64,000 bases of DNA from an uncultured Pseudomonadota bacterium (GTDB lineage Bacteria > Pseudomonadota > Alphaproteobacteria > Acetobacterales > Acetobacteraceae): assembly GCA_963834715.1 (NCBI GenBank), contig CAWIDE010000018.1, positions 74,698-138,697 on the forward strand, in the 5' to 3' direction. The notes below the pieces were generated by a model. The model worked only from the letters and a program-made list of their open reading frames with translations. It was not told the DNA's origin and did no database searches. Numbering within the stretch: the stretch's first letter is position 1; each line of letters opens with the position of its first letter. A program made the position numbers and the translations under genes. Below, piece after piece: positions 62,840 to 64,000 of the stretch.

Positions 62840-63796
62840 TTAACACTCTTGCGATAGATTTCCAGGGGCGACGGTCGGCAGGGCGGCCTCTTCGGGGGCG
62901 CGATCGGCGTGGGTAAGCTCACGGTGCAGAACGGTCATCAACCAACACTCGCTGCCCGCGGCGTCATGCAACCTACGGGCGAGATAACGGTACAACCTCT
63001 CCACCAGATACACGGATCGGTGCCGCCCGCCCGTGCACCCGATAGCGATTGTGACATATTTTTTGCCCTCCTGCACAAATCTGGGCAAGACCAAGTCGAG
63101 TAGAGAGCAGGTCACCTCGAAGAACGCCTGGAAATCGGGGTCGGCTTCAACATAAGCCCCAACCTCGGGGTCCAGGCCCGTACGCGGCTGCAAGATGGGA
63201 TCGTAGTGCGGGTTTCGCAAAAAGCGCGCATCGAATACCAGATCGGCGTCGCGCGGCAACCCTGCAGGGTACGCAAAGGAGACCAGCGTCAGGGCCATGC
63301 GTGGCAGCGTGCCCTCCGCGGCTGCGCCGAAGTGCTGCTCGACCACGCGGCGCAGAGCGTGGAGCGGAAGGTTGGAGGTGTCGATTAGCAGGTCGGCGTG
63401 TTCGCGCAGCAACGCGGTCAATAACTGCTCGTCGCGGATGCCATCGATGACTCGTCCTTCCGGCGCGAGGGGATGGCGGCGTCGCGTTTCGGCGTAGCGG
63501 CGGATCAGAACCGTTTCGTCGGCCCAGCAGTAAACCAGGGCGATGCGCACCTTGGGCATAGCGCGCAGCGCGGCGATGGTATCGAGCACGGTGACGGCAT
63601 CGAAGCCGCGGGTCCGGGCATCGACACCGATCGCGAGCGGCCCTTCGCCACGGACGACCATTTCCGGGAGCATCGTAAGGGGCGGGTTGTCCACGGTTTC
63701 GTGGCCGAGATCCTCGAGCACGCGAAGCACGGAGTGTTTTCCCGCGCCGGACAGACCGGTCACCAGCACGACGGCGCGGCGGTCCGGGCTGGTCAT
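62840..63796 (-). CDS. rapZ: RNase adapter protein RapZ (P-loop NTPase)
   Basis: MTSPDRRAVVLVTGLSGAGKHSVLRVLEDLG...DARFLRNPHY...IGCTGGRHRSV. Confidence 0.85.
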   Translation of the reverse strand: MTSPDRRAVVLVTGLSGAGKHSVLRVLEDLGHETVDNPPLTMLPEMVVRGEGPLAIGVDARTRGFDAVTVLDTIAALRAMPKVRIALVYCWADETVLIRRYAETRRRHPLAPEGRVIDGIRDEQLLTALLREHADLLIDTSNLPLHALRRVVEQHFGAAAEGTLPRMALTLVSFAYPAGLPRDADLVFDARFLRNPHYDPILQPRTGLDPEVGAYVEADPDFQAFFEVTCSLLDLVLPRFVQEGKKYVTIAIGCTGGRHRSVYLVERLYRYLARRLHDAAGSECWLMTVLHRELTHADRAPEEAALPTVAPGNLSQEC

Positions 63797-64000
63797 GGCG
63801 CGAACGCACCGGCGATCTGGCCGATGCGACCAAGGGCGCAATCAAGCGCGAAGACGAGAAAGTCGGGAGCGGAGGCGGCGAAGGGCGCAACGCGGAGTTC
63901 GGGGACGTCGAATTCCGGATGACGGGACGGGGCGGGGAGACGTTCGGGGGTGGCGAGGTGGGCGACGAGGGAGAGTCGCGCCTCAGGCAAGTGGGGAAGA
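63793..64000 (-). CDS. hprK: HPr kinase/phosphorylase (short alphaproteobacterial type), C-terminal part; N-terminus off the window
   Basis: ...ARLSLVAHLATPERLPAPSRHPEFDVPELRVAPFAASAPDFLVFALD... The stop overlaps the rapZ start. Position upstream of rapZ-EIIA-HPr fits the known operon. Confidence 0.65.
   Translation of the reverse strand, partial: LPHLPEARLSLVAHLATPERLPAPSRHPEFDVPELRVAPFAASAPDFLVFALDCALGRIGQIAGAFAP

Overview
High-GC bacterial chromosomal segment. The gene content points to Alphaproteobacteria, possibly Acetobacteraceae-like: a GapR/DUF2312 protein, a DUF1244 protein, and an hprK-rapZ-EIIA(Man)-HPr-EI regulatory PTS operon. This placement is inference only.

I can support about 60 protein-coding loci. 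Most are housekeeping or metabolic genes:
- Oxidoreductases, a glycerate kinase, and a CoA-transferase/enoyl-CoA hydratase cluster.
- A five-gene peptide-type ABC importer and a three-gene sugar ABC importer.
- Several MFS transporters, plus argB, glpK, HU, Sir2/cobB and tag.
- copA with a divergent csoR, mutL, and the PTS operon.

One RNA element is well supported: a fluoride riboswitch upstream of crcB. One mobile element is clear: a 1232-bp IS630-family IS with TA target duplication, inserted in a large unknown membrane-protein gene. I saw no rRNA, tRNA or CRISPR array.

Three features stand out:
1. Conserved genes carry a very high load of single-base frame disruptions, at least 13 indels plus one in-frame TAA. 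Two of the indels are in mutL itself.
2. A REP-like palindromic element is present in 6 copies. Three copies are translated as the N-termini of consecutive ABC-transporter cistrons.
3. Several patches look more AT-rich by eye and hold decayed or uncharacterised genes:
- A MutS-related ATPase pair fused to a HIT remnant.
- An orphan hcp.
- A two-repeat Cys-motif protein sitting between remnants of a Rossmann dehydrogenase gene.
- A hydrolase cluster with duplicated fragments.

I cannot point to an intact, obviously novel multi-gene system. The best candidates for follow-up are listed in the findings. All family calls come from recognising motifs in translations, and no database search was possible.
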